Shown here: one piece after another, positions 35,261 through 44,067 of the stretch
Layout: every line of letters starts with the position of its first letter
Numbering within the stretch: position 1 is the stretch's first letter
Assembly (NCBI GenBank): GCA_016212665.1
Contig: JACREZ010000033.1
Coordinates: forward strand, 7,533 to 71,532
Source: Ignavibacteriota bacterium
GTDB taxonomy: Bacteria; Bacteroidota; Ignavibacteria; UBA10030; SZUA-254
Direction of reading: 5' to 3'
Length of the DNA: 64,000 bases
The notes under the pieces: generated by a model
Told to the model about the DNA's origin: nothing
The model's database searches: none
Seen by the model: only the letters and a program-made list of their open reading frames with translations
Made by a program: the position numbers and the translations under genes

Positions 35261-35875
35261 ATGAATCAAAGACAAACTATAAAGTGGATTGCCAAACCAC
35301 TTCTTTTCCTTTCATCGTTACTGCCTGTTGCGATTTTAACGTGGCAGTTTTTGAATGATGAACTCAGTGCAAATCCGATTGACGACATTACCGATGCAAC
35401 CGGGACATGGACGTTGCGGTTCCTGTGCATTACGCTTGCTGTTACTCCGTTGAAGAAAATCTCAGGCTGGAATTGGGTTGGACAATTCCGACGGATGCTT
35501 GGGTTGTTTGCGTTCTTTTATGCTTCTCTTCATTTCACAACGTACATTTACTTAGACCAATTCTTCGAATGGGAATCCATAGTAGTTGACGTAGCCAAGC
35601 GACCGTTCATTACCGTTGGATTTGCAAGTTTTCTTCTCCTCATTCCCCTTGCTGTAACTTCATTTAATAAAATGATACAATGGCTCGGCGGTAAGCGATG
35701 GAAATGGCTTCACCGCCTCGTGTATCTCATCGCAATCGGCGGAGTTATTCATTATCTCTGGCTCGTGAAAGCAGATACACAAAGACCACTGACGTATGGA
35801 GTTATCGTACTTGTTCTGCTTTCCATTCGCTTGTACTTCTATCTAAAACAAAAATTCACTTTGAACAAAAGCTAA
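35261..35875 (+). CDS. msrQ: MsrQ (YedZ-like) heme-binding membrane subunit
   Basis: ATG at 35261 (the track uses a TTG at 35246). Ferric-reductase-like TM protein. ...GTWTLRFLCITLAVTPL...LHFTTY...WLHRLVYLIAIGGVIHYLW. Confidence 0.85.
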   Translation: MNQRQTIKWIAKPLLFLSSLLPVAILTWQFLNDELSANPIDDITDATGTWTLRFLCITLAVTPLKKISGWNWVGQFRRMLGLFAFFYASLHFTTYIYLDQFFEWESIVVDVAKRPFITVGFASFLLLIPLAVTSFNKMIQWLGGKRWKWLHRLVYLIAIGGVIHYLWLVKADTQRPLTYGVIVLVLLSIRLYFYLKQKFTLNKS

Positions 35876-35975
35876 TAGTGGTTACAGGTTACTGGTTTGT
35901 GGTTTGAGTTTTTTGATTTCGAGTTTCATATTATGTCCAGTGAGAATATGTAACCTAAAACTAAAACTTCAATGA

Positions 35976-35995
35976 CTCAATCGTAAATCGTCAAT
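35976..35995. repeat. right arm of the 20-bp perfect inverted repeat flanking msrPQ
   Basis: TCAATCGTAAATCGTCAATC. Confidence 0.9.
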
Positions 35996-36060
35996 CTGGT
36001 TTTATTTGCCTTCAATTCAACTCTTAACTATATTCACCCGAAATAAAAACAATCGGGTGA

Positions 36061-37080
36061 ATGAGTTTCAATCCTTCACATATTAAATCGCTATTGCTTC
36101 GTGTGCTTGAACATCGTTCGACACATCGCGAGTTGACGGAGTTTATCAATCTCTGCCATAACATGGCTGTCGCATATTTACGAATGAAAAAGACAAACGG
36201 GAAATTCAATGCGGAAAATGTAGGATTGACAATTGAAGATTTTGCTTTCGATTCAATAGCAGAGTTGTTCAAATATTCTGATGCAGGATTCCCTGAACTA
36301 ACTACCTATTTCGAGAATTTCACTCCTCTGGAGTCCGCGTCCGCCGATGAAATTCAGAACGCCCTCCGTTGTCTCATCTTCAGCAACGTTAATCATAGAA
36401 TTTATCGCTCGTATCGTGAACACGATTCATCGCTCGGTCGCATCATCCGAAATATCAAAGAATATCTTACTGAACACTCTTCACTGAAGATAAAAGATAA
36501 ATCGGGTGAAAAATATATTTGTAGCAAGGAATGTAAAACAGGATTCTCTCCCGTTACTCCGGAACTGTTCTCCATTCAGTTTTGGGGACGACTTCCTGAA
36601 CAAACTTCACTGAACAACATGCTATCAGTGATAGCAGAAATTCTTTCTGAACAACCGGAACACCAAAAGATAATTCCGTTAGTTGAAGTTGCGTTGTTGA
36701 TTCGCTCAGTCTATTCAAGCAAACATACAGGGACTTCATGCTGTGAACAATCTCTTTTCACTCAAGAAGAGTTGAAACTATTTATCAATGAATCGCTCCA
36801 ACAAACCAAACAATTTCTCCACATATCATATGTTCAGAAAGGTAAACTTACACGAGATGATGCGGCAATTTTCTATCAGACAATCTCCGATATTTTAGAC
36901 CATGAATTCCTCACGTTCGAACAAGACGGGCTATCATACTTTTCAATAATGAAGAGTCATAGTCCAACGTTAACTCAGGAATTGTATAACCAACATCATC
37001 GCGTAATTATTGAATATGTTGCAAAACAGGCAAAAAACGACTTACGCGAGCGATTGAAACGTGAATTGGGGTTTCTGTGA
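36061..37080 (+). CDS. hypothetical protein with a possible divergent sigma-70 region-2-like N-terminus
   Basis: 339 aa. DFAFDSIAELFK and ALRCLIFSNVNHRIYRSYRE loosely resemble sigma regions 2.1 and 2.2-2.4. I see no clear region-4 HTH. Confidence 0.3.
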   Translation: MSFNPSHIKSLLLRVLEHRSTHRELTEFINLCHNMAVAYLRMKKTNGKFNAENVGLTIEDFAFDSIAELFKYSDAGFPELTTYFENFTPLESASADEIQNALRCLIFSNVNHRIYRSYREHDSSLGRIIRNIKEYLTEHSSLKIKDKSGEKYICSKECKTGFSPVTPELFSIQFWGRLPEQTSLNNMLSVIAEILSEQPEHQKIIPLVEVALLIRSVYSSKHTGTSCCEQSLFTQEELKLFINESLQQTKQFLHISYVQKGKLTRDDAAIFYQTISDILDHEFLTFEQDGLSYFSIMKSHSPTLTQELYNQHHRVIIEYVAKQAKNDLRERLKRELGFL

Positions 37081-37201
37081 ACCATCGAAAATGGAACGAT
37101 ATTATCAATGCAAAAGGAAAAATTCAAAATGAAAATAAATATCAGTTATCTGTTAAATTCGTACAAATGACTAATGACAATTGACCAATGATGATTAACA
37201 A

Positions 37202-38020
37202 ATGACAGAAAACCATTTAACAGAACTCGAACTTGACCGGCTTGCCCGTGATTCTGCTCGTCTTAATGAGAGCGAGAAGAATCATCTTGATTTGTGTAAT
37301 AGTTGCAAAGAGAAATTAAAGTTCTTACAACAATATTATTCGACACTTGAAGGTGAAATGGTAAAACCAATCTCGGAACGAGTTGAAACGCTTTCACGAA
37401 AGATAACACGCTCAAACATCATTGAGTTAAGTTTGTACCAACCTCAAATTGATTTGAACAAACTGACCGGAACGGATAACACGATTGTCCTTGCCGCACA
37501 GCATGTAGCAGAAGAAACAGGTCGGTTTGTTACTGTTGCTACGTTTGCCTCAGAACCTTCGAAAACATTGGTTCGAATTGTCAAAGATAGATTCGAGCAA
37601 CAGTATCGCTTCCATGTTCTTGCGGAAAATCCACTTCTCAGTCAGTTGGTGTTGCTTGGAATTGTAGATGAATCAGGTCGTTCGTTCTTTCTCCCAACAA
37701 ATAAGCAAGGGGTCTCATCCTTCCCGTCTCTGGAAATAATCGAATGGAAACGTTCGGGTGTTACGCTCCATCTCCCTTCAGCTATCCTTACTGTGGAAGA
37801 TGATAAGGAATATATCACAGACGGAAACTTTTCCTTACTATTACATCCGGAACCGGACACGTTCAAAGCAACAATTACATCAACTACGAACGAACACATC
37901 CGTTACGCGCTTATTCTTTTCGATGATGAATCAACCTTAGTGAAAGAAGTGCATTCTCATCAAATCGCCATTCCGCTGACTGCGAATCAAACAATTACAG
38001 AAATCCGGTTGTTCAGTTGA
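37202..38020 (+). CDS. zinc-finger (HxxxCxxC, ZAS-type) anti-sigma-like protein, no TM helix
   Basis: 272 aa. H28-x3-C32-x2-C35 (HLDLCNSC, nt 37283-37306) near the N-terminus, as in zf-HC2 anti-sigma factors. The remainder looks beta-rich and soluble. Confidence 0.5.
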   Translation: MTENHLTELELDRLARDSARLNESEKNHLDLCNSCKEKLKFLQQYYSTLEGEMVKPISERVETLSRKITRSNIIELSLYQPQIDLNKLTGTDNTIVLAAQHVAEETGRFVTVATFASEPSKTLVRIVKDRFEQQYRFHVLAENPLLSQLVLLGIVDESGRSFFLPTNKQGVSSFPSLEIIEWKRSGVTLHLPSAILTVEDDKEYITDGNFSLLLHPEPDTFKATITSTTNEHIRYALILFDDESTLVKEVHSHQIAIPLTANQTITEIRLFS

Positions 38021-38190
38021 GGTTCGTTATCTGTTATCCGTTAGTTGTTATTCGTGAGTGGTTAGTGGTGATTGGTGAGTAGTTTGCACGACCTCCTAAA
38101 ATCTCTACGCGCTTCAATCGGATGGATAATCCAAGATTGGATAATTCGCTCTATGAGCCGTAGGCAATTGGCAATTCGCAATTCGAAATT

Positions 38191-40470
38191 ATGAATGACC
38201 CGTTAACAATAGAAAACAGATTTCAGACTCTCAAGCAATCTCTCCCGCTTCTTTCAAGCAAGAGAATGAAGTTGCTGGAGATTCTTGAGTTTATTGAGCA
38301 GTTTTCGTCAGAAGATGCCACACACTATCTTATCGCCTATCTTCCTGAGTTGTTATCTGAAATTACCACATCAATTCTTCAGACAGATTTTACCGGAACA
38401 AACCCTGAGTTTCTTTTTCGATTGAAGAATCTGCTTGATGTTTCTTCGAAGGTCTTAAGACAAGATAAGAATGAAGAACTGTCAAGAGCGCTTGAGCATC
38501 TCAAACAGGAAGAAGAAAAATTTGCATCGTGGCAACACCAACAAACAAACGGCTTGTTTTCCACAACCAAACCCAAATCTTTTTCGACGGATAAAGTTTG
38601 GATTCCTATGGTTGAGCATGAGCCAATCCTCACTGAACTTCCTCCGGAATTTGCAACACTTTCTCAACTACGGGTTGATGTTTCGTTCAGTCCAAAACCC
38701 ATTCAGCAAGATGAATTACACGTAACACAATTTGCAGAAAACAATAAGAACAACCATCAGGAACTCCGCTCTGCATTAATTGCGGCGAAGGATTTCTTTG
38801 AACGGGTAACGCACATTAAAATCAAGCGGAAGTTGATTGTACGATGTACTTTTGAACATGCAAATCTCATCATCGGCGAATCGTTGTGTGCAGGACTTGC
38901 CGCAGTTATCTTCACCGACTTGCTTCGACTTCACCAATACAAAGAAGAATTCAGCATCCGTCCCGATGTTGCCATCACCGGAGCGCTCGATTCTTCTGGT
39001 AAACTCCTCCCTGTTGATTCCAATGGATTGAAGTTGAAGGTTGAAGCGTGTCTTTTCTCTCCGATTAGATTTCTTGTCGTCCCCAAGCAACAATGCAAAA
39101 TTAAAAATGAAAAATTTCCCGCAGAGCGGGATGCCGCAAGGCGGCAAAAAAATGAATACCTCGAACCGTCAACCGTTAACCACCTACAACCTACCACCTA
39201 TGACCTAAAACCTTTTGAAATCGTAGGCATCGAGAACTTCTCCGAACTCTTCTTCAACCGCCGCCTCACTGACTCCCGCCGAATCCCTCTTGCAAAACAA
39301 GCAGGGCGCAAACTCTGGAAACACCGTTTACCGATTGCGGCAACGATTATTGTTCTGTTACTTTTAGTGATTTGGAAGATTTTGTATGGACCGATGGATA
39401 TGAATCCGGTGAGCGCATCATTTGCAGGCGAAATGATGACATTGAAAAATAGAATGGGTGAGTCCGTTGATGTAATGCAAATTGGGTCGGAATCTGTTAA
39501 TCATCAGTTACACAACCCTCGTATTTTATCCTTTTTGGATATTAACAAAGATGCTATCAACGAAGTATTCTGGATAGAGTATCAGGAAAATACCGGACTT
39601 CAAACGGCAGTTATTAAATGTAAAGATATTTCAACAAATGAAATTCTCTGGACTTCTTTGTTAAAAAAATATTTTCATTTTCCGAAAAAGCCGGAAACGA
39701 AAGATGATAACTTCATAGCTGGAAACCTTGAAATTGGTGATTTTGATAATAACGGAACTCCGGAAATTATTTTGAAAGGTGGTTCTCCTTACTTTCATCA
39801 AATTATTGTCAAACTCGATGCGTCAACGGGAGAGGAGATAGGATGCTATCTCCACATTGGCGGAGTCGGTGAGATAAAAATGATCGATTTGGAAAATGAT
39901 GGTATAACTGAAATTATTGTTCCATGTATTGACCAACCACTACGTTCAGCAAGTATTTTTATTCTTGACCCTCGTTTCATTACCGGTCATTCTCCTACGC
40001 AAGGAGATTATATTACAGAAGGAGTAAAACCGGGGTTAGAACGAACCTATATAAATATTCCAAAAACCATCGTTGGGGAGGCGTTCAAATATCAAATAAA
40101 ATATTCTCTGTGTTTCATTGAAGACATACAGAAAAAAGATAAGCAGTTCAAAGTTAATGTACACGATGTAAACGGTTCAATCGGAAATCGCGAATATTAT
40201 AATATCTACACATACTTTAATTTCGACCTTTCTCCTGCCTTCGTCACTACAGGTGACCCGTTCGATATGTTAGCAGAAAGTCTTTTTGTCAATAAACGAA
40301 TCAACCGATTACCAGATTATGAGTACTTCAATGAGTGGATGAAAACCATAAAATACTGGGATGGCTATCAGTGGGGCAACACACCGACCGTTAACAAACG
40401 CTGGCTCCAAGCATTGAAGGAACGGGGTTTACCAATACCTCCGGGGATTCCGGATTCACTCTTACACTAA
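38191..40470 (+). CDS. membrane protein: helical N-domain, ATPase-less Lon (S16)-like protease domain, one TM helix, FG-GAP-like extracytoplasmic domain
   Basis: 759 aa. GESLCAGLAAVIF...RPDVAITGALDSSGKLLPVDSNGLKLKVEA...IRFLVVPKQQ aligns with Lon GPSAG...DVAMTGEITLRGxVLPIGGLKEKLLAA...VLIPxxN. Candidate dyad Ser231 (nt 38881) and Lys283. TM helix LPIAATIIVLLLLVIWKILYG (about nt 39328-39390). DxNxDG loops GDFDNNGTPEII and DLENDGITEIIV. Confidence 0.6.
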   Translation: MNDPLTIENRFQTLKQSLPLLSSKRMKLLEILEFIEQFSSEDATHYLIAYLPELLSEITTSILQTDFTGTNPEFLFRLKNLLDVSSKVLRQDKNEELSRALEHLKQEEEKFASWQHQQTNGLFSTTKPKSFSTDKVWIPMVEHEPILTELPPEFATLSQLRVDVSFSPKPIQQDELHVTQFAENNKNNHQELRSALIAAKDFFERVTHIKIKRKLIVRCTFEHANLIIGESLCAGLAAVIFTDLLRLHQYKEEFSIRPDVAITGALDSSGKLLPVDSNGLKLKVEACLFSPIRFLVVPKQQCKIKNEKFPAERDAARRQKNEYLEPSTVNHLQPTTYDLKPFEIVGIENFSELFFNRRLTDSRRIPLAKQAGRKLWKHRLPIAATIIVLLLLVIWKILYGPMDMNPVSASFAGEMMTLKNRMGESVDVMQIGSESVNHQLHNPRILSFLDINKDAINEVFWIEYQENTGLQTAVIKCKDISTNEILWTSLLKKYFHFPKKPETKDDNFIAGNLEIGDFDNNGTPEIILKGGSPYFHQIIVKLDASTGEEIGCYLHIGGVGEIKMIDLENDGITEIIVPCIDQPLRSASIFILDPRFITGHSPTQGDYITEGVKPGLERTYINIPKTIVGEAFKYQIKYSLCFIEDIQKKDKQFKVNVHDVNGSIGNREYYNIYTYFNFDLSPAFVTTGDPFDMLAESLFVNKRINRLPDYEYFNEWMKTIKYWDGYQWGNTPTVNKRWLQALKERGLPIPPGIPDSLLH

Positions 40471-40784
40471 CCTTACGCCTGCCTGCCGAAGGCATGGAAG
40501 GTTTTTCATTTATCCTAACCTTCGCAAGGTTATTCCCTTCAAACGAGAGACTTAAGGACCTCTTTGGAACCACGCTTAATACTCTTCGTTCCCTTCGTGG
40601 TTAATTTTCTGCAACCCTTCCAATCTGTGACGATATATATTTCAGTAAAGAGTAATCAGTAATCAGAACATTTACCCGTCTCTACTGATGTAATGATAAA
40701 ATCTTCAATCCCTACGGATTGTAGACATAAATCGTCGATTGTAAATCATAGTTCATATTCATAATCATATAAAGGAAAAACCTT

Positions 40785-41255
40785 ATGCCATACTCAAATA
40801 TATCAGCAGAACTTCCGGATGCAGATCGCGATGCAGCCATCGATGCATTAAAATCTGCCCGAGCAAAATTACCATTTCTTATCAATCTCACCGCCGAAGA
40901 GCGAGGAACAATGCTCAAGATGGGAGATAAATCCGTTTCGTTTGTGTCGAAATCGCTCGACTATTGCAAAGCGAACCCGAACCTCTCACCTCCATATCTC
41001 GATGCAACCGAGTTGCAAAAAGATGTTGTGCTCACGCAACAACTTTCACCCATTATGCAGGAACTTGCCTCACTGTTCGAAGCAGTGAGTGATACCTACA
41101 TGGCAGTCGGGAGCGAAGCATTTACTTCAGCACTCGTATTCTATAATTCGGTCAAAGCCGCATCCAAATCGAACGTCACCGGAATTACCTCAATTTACGA
41201 TGACCTTAAAACCCGGTTCCCGGGTCGCCCACCAAAATCCGGACCGACACCGTAG
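40785..41255 (+). CDS. hypothetical protein
   Basis: 156 aa with a plausible SD-like AAAGGAAAAA upstream. No family recognised. Confidence 0.5.
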   Translation: MPYSNISAELPDADRDAAIDALKSARAKLPFLINLTAEERGTMLKMGDKSVSFVSKSLDYCKANPNLSPPYLDATELQKDVVLTQQLSPIMQELASLFEAVSDTYMAVGSEAFTSALVFYNSVKAASKSNVTGITSIYDDLKTRFPGRPPKSGPTP

Positions 41256-41414
41256 TTGGTTATTTGGTGAATAGTGATGGGTTAATTTGTTAATTGGTGA
41301 GTCGTGATTGGTGAGTATAAGTGTCGTTCTGAGAACTATTCACTAATTGACTAATCACCGATTAACTATGCACCATTTAACCAGTCACGAATTAACCAAT
41401 AACCATCCTTTTAC

Positions 41415-41635
41415 TACCTCCGAGGGTCTTTGAAATACCCTCGGAGGTACTTATTTCACTCCCGGAGGGTATTTCATAGTGTCTTTCCGATACCTATTAC
41501 TCTCTCAAAGAGTATTGAAAATTGGCTCGGAGATACATTTTTGTATCTCCGAGGGTATTAGAAATAGCCAAAAAGGGTATTATAAATACTCTCGGAGGGT
41601 ATTTTTTGAGTGTTTGAGGGTATTTCTCGGAAAAA
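41415..41635. repeat. array of GAGGGTAT(T)-type words and perfect palindromes, phased at about 21-22 nt
   Basis: AGGGT at 41423, 41466, 41552, 41574, 41596 and 41617 (spacings 43, 86, 22, 22, 21). Palindromes TACCTCCGAGGGT...ACCCTCGGAGGTA (41415-41449) and CTCGGAGATAC-attttt-GTATCTCCGAG (41526-41553). Confidence 0.8.
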
Positions 41636-41753
41636 GGATGGAAAAATTACAATTGTTACAATAATTTCAAAAGATAATTCTGCAAGGGAAGATATGTGGG
41701 ACGATTTACTTTTAAAAATTATACATCAATCCATTAATAAAAGGAACCATTTT

Positions 41754-43859
41754 ATGTTAAAAACAATAATTGCTTTTTTCTTAATTACAATGTTTTCTCT
41801 AAATAATACTTTTAGTCAAAAAAACTACGATAGAAAATTTCATTCTTACAATGTCGATACTTCTCTTTTTCAAAATAAGTTTGACTTCCCAACAACATAT
41901 ACAACATACGGAATTGCATCTGCAGATTTAAATTCCGATGGACTAATAGACATAGTAACAACAAGTTATGCAGGGGATAAAATCACCGTGTATCAGAATA
42001 TTGGAATAAGTGATTCAATTGCCTTCAAAAAACTCGATGTCGTCTCACTTAATGCGCCACAGCATCTAACTATTGGTGACATAGATAATGATTACAAACC
42101 TGATTTGGTTGTTGTCTCAGGTGCAAATGTAAAATTAGAAGTATACCGTAATAATAGTAGCGTTAATCATATATCATTTGAACCAGCAATAGAAATTGTA
42201 AATGCTGTGAATCCAAATTTCTTATCACTTGCCGATTTGAATCATGATCATACTTTAGAAATAATTTCACCCAGTAATAATGTAAATATGGTTTATGTTT
42301 ATCGAAACATCAGTACGCCAGGAAACATTCTCTTTGATGATATTTTTTCATTTCCGACTGAAGGTTCACCAAATGGAATTTCTGTCGGTGATATAAATAA
42401 TGATAGCCTAATTGATATTGCAGTCCCGAGCAAAGCAAAGGGAATCGTTTCGGTGTTAGAAAACAATACGTCTACTTCAGAAATTCAATTTTACCCAATG
42501 ATAAATTTTCCGGTAGGAACTGGACCTGAATATGTAGTAATTAAAGACTTAAATATCGACGGGAAAAATGATCTAACAGTTCTAAATACCAATGGCGGTT
42601 TCGGTAATACGTTATCAGTACTGAAGAATATTAACTTCAACGAACATATTGACGCGTCCTCATTCTCAACCCATATTGATTTCACAACAGACTTAGGACC
42701 TGTTTACTTAAATATTAACGATTTGGATAATGATAATTATCCAGAGTTAATAGTATCCAATATATTGGGAGCGAGTATATCTGTTTTGAAAAACAACTCA
42801 TCTTTAGAAGATCTCATCTTTGGTGAAAGGGTTAACTTTGATATCTTGCCAGTGCCTTATTACTTTTCCCTCAATGATTTTGACAATGATTTTGATTTAG
42901 ATATAGCAGTTACAACACAACATGAGCCTGCCTTTTCTATATTGATTAACAATTCAGATTTCATTCCAGCACCTGTCTTACAATGTCCTAACGACATAGT
43001 GGTGTATACTGGCGTTGATAGTAATGTAGCAATTGCATTCTATACACCCTCCGTGCTCAATACTTCAGCTACAGACATTTCTTGTTTTCCTCCGTCAGGT
43101 AGTTTGTTTCCTATTGGCATTTCACAAGTGAGGTGTTATGCATCCAATGAAAGCGGAACTGATAGTTGTTCATTTTATGTAACTGTAATTGATTCTCAAA
43201 AACCGAAGATAACTCTAACCTGTACCCCTCAATTTTTATGGCCACCTAATCATAAAATGCGACAAATAGATGTAAGTATATCAGCGAGTGATAATTCACA
43301 AAATTTCTCGGTTTTACTTCTCTCAGTTACAAGCGATGAAGCAGATAATGGTACTGGGAATGGAGATAAGGTTAACGATATTCAACAAGTCAGCACTGGT
43401 AGCCTTGATACCTCTTTCCTTTTGAGAGCTGAAAGAGCAGGCAATGGAAATGGAAGAAATTATTCTGTCACATATTCTGCTATTGATAATAGTGGAAACC
43501 AAATTTTCAAAACTATTTTAATTTCTGTTCCTCACAGTCTTAGTAAAGAAACGATTTTATCTGAAAATATTTATCCAGAATATTTCTTTTTACAACAAAA
43601 CTTCCCCAACCCTTTTAACCCGTCAACTTCCATCAGTTATGCGTTACCAGCACGCAGCCATGTTAAGTTGAGTGTATTCAACTCGCTTGGTCAGCAGGTT
43701 GCCGAGTTGGTGAACAGAGAGCAAGATGCAAATTATTATGAAGTGAAATGGGAAGCGACAACTCCGTCCGGTCTCTACCTCTACCGCCTCGACGCCGTCA
43801 GCACGGACGACCCGACGAACACGTTCAGTCAGGTAAGGAAGATGTTACTCCTTCGTTAA
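41754..43859 (+). CDS. secreted FG-GAP/VCBS-repeat protein with HYR domain and T9SS C-terminal sorting domain
   Basis: The ATG at 41754 gives the signal peptide MLKTIIAFFLITMFSLNNTFSQ (the track ORF starts at 41610 inside the repeat array). Seven DxNxDG-type loops. HYR-like LQCPNDIVVY...CYASNESGTDSCSFYVTV. LWPPNHKM domain. C-terminal NFPNPFNPSTSISYALP...LYLYRL. Confidence 0.85.
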   Translation: MLKTIIAFFLITMFSLNNTFSQKNYDRKFHSYNVDTSLFQNKFDFPTTYTTYGIASADLNSDGLIDIVTTSYAGDKITVYQNIGISDSIAFKKLDVVSLNAPQHLTIGDIDNDYKPDLVVVSGANVKLEVYRNNSSVNHISFEPAIEIVNAVNPNFLSLADLNHDHTLEIISPSNNVNMVYVYRNISTPGNILFDDIFSFPTEGSPNGISVGDINNDSLIDIAVPSKAKGIVSVLENNTSTSEIQFYPMINFPVGTGPEYVVIKDLNIDGKNDLTVLNTNGGFGNTLSVLKNINFNEHIDASSFSTHIDFTTDLGPVYLNINDLDNDNYPELIVSNILGASISVLKNNSSLEDLIFGERVNFDILPVPYYFSLNDFDNDFDLDIAVTTQHEPAFSILINNSDFIPAPVLQCPNDIVVYTGVDSNVAIAFYTPSVLNTSATDISCFPPSGSLFPIGISQVRCYASNESGTDSCSFYVTVIDSQKPKITLTCTPQFLWPPNHKMRQIDVSISASDNSQNFSVLLLSVTSDEADNGTGNGDKVNDIQQVSTGSLDTSFLLRAERAGNGNGRNYSVTYSAIDNSGNQIFKTILISVPHSLSKETILSENIYPEYFFLQQNFPNPFNPSTSISYALPARSHVKLSVFNSLGQQVAELVNREQDANYYEVKWEATTPSGLYLYRLDAVSTDDPTNTFSQVRKMLLLR

Positions 43860-43995
43860 TTGGTAACTTGTGATTAGTGAATCGTGATTCGTGTGAGTGG
43901 TGAGTTGAAAACATTTCCTCATTAACCACTCACGAATTAACCACTCACTCTACGAGTCGTAGACCAATTAACGATTCACAAAGCAAAGAGAAAGT

Positions 43996-44033
43996 CCATC
44001 GTCTCCGCCAGCGAGACGGTGGGTTTTTCTTTA
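43996..44033 (+). terminator. rho-independent terminator
   Basis: CCATCGTCTC-cgccagc-GAGACGGTGG (one G-U pair) followed by GTTTTTCTTT. Confidence 0.7.
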
Positions 44034-44067
44034 GTACGAATGTCTCACACTCTTACGCAGTGCTCCG

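Noticed and set aside
36024-36272. 82-aa minus-strand ORF overlapping the start of the 339-aa gene
   Set aside because: It overlaps a longer plus-strand ORF and the preceding filler. There is no start context or family resemblance.
40471-40640. Cluster of short hairpins after the Lon-like gene (AACCTT-cgc-AAGGTT, AACCACG...CGTGGTT) as a discrete sRNA
   Set aside because: The sequence is dominated by the CCTTC/CTTCG stutter word, so it is better explained as another filler or terminator region. I have no independent evidence of an RNA gene.
40712-40918. 68-aa minus-strand ORF overlapping the 156-aa gene start
   Set aside because: It is antisense to the better-supported plus-strand ORF, which has an SD-like AAAGGAAAAA.
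41479-41753. ORF 41479-41664 and the 5' extension (41610-41753) of the FG-GAP gene
   Set aside because: Both read through the GAGGGTAT repeat array. The ATG at 41754 is followed immediately by a classical signal peptide, so the extension is unlikely to be translated.
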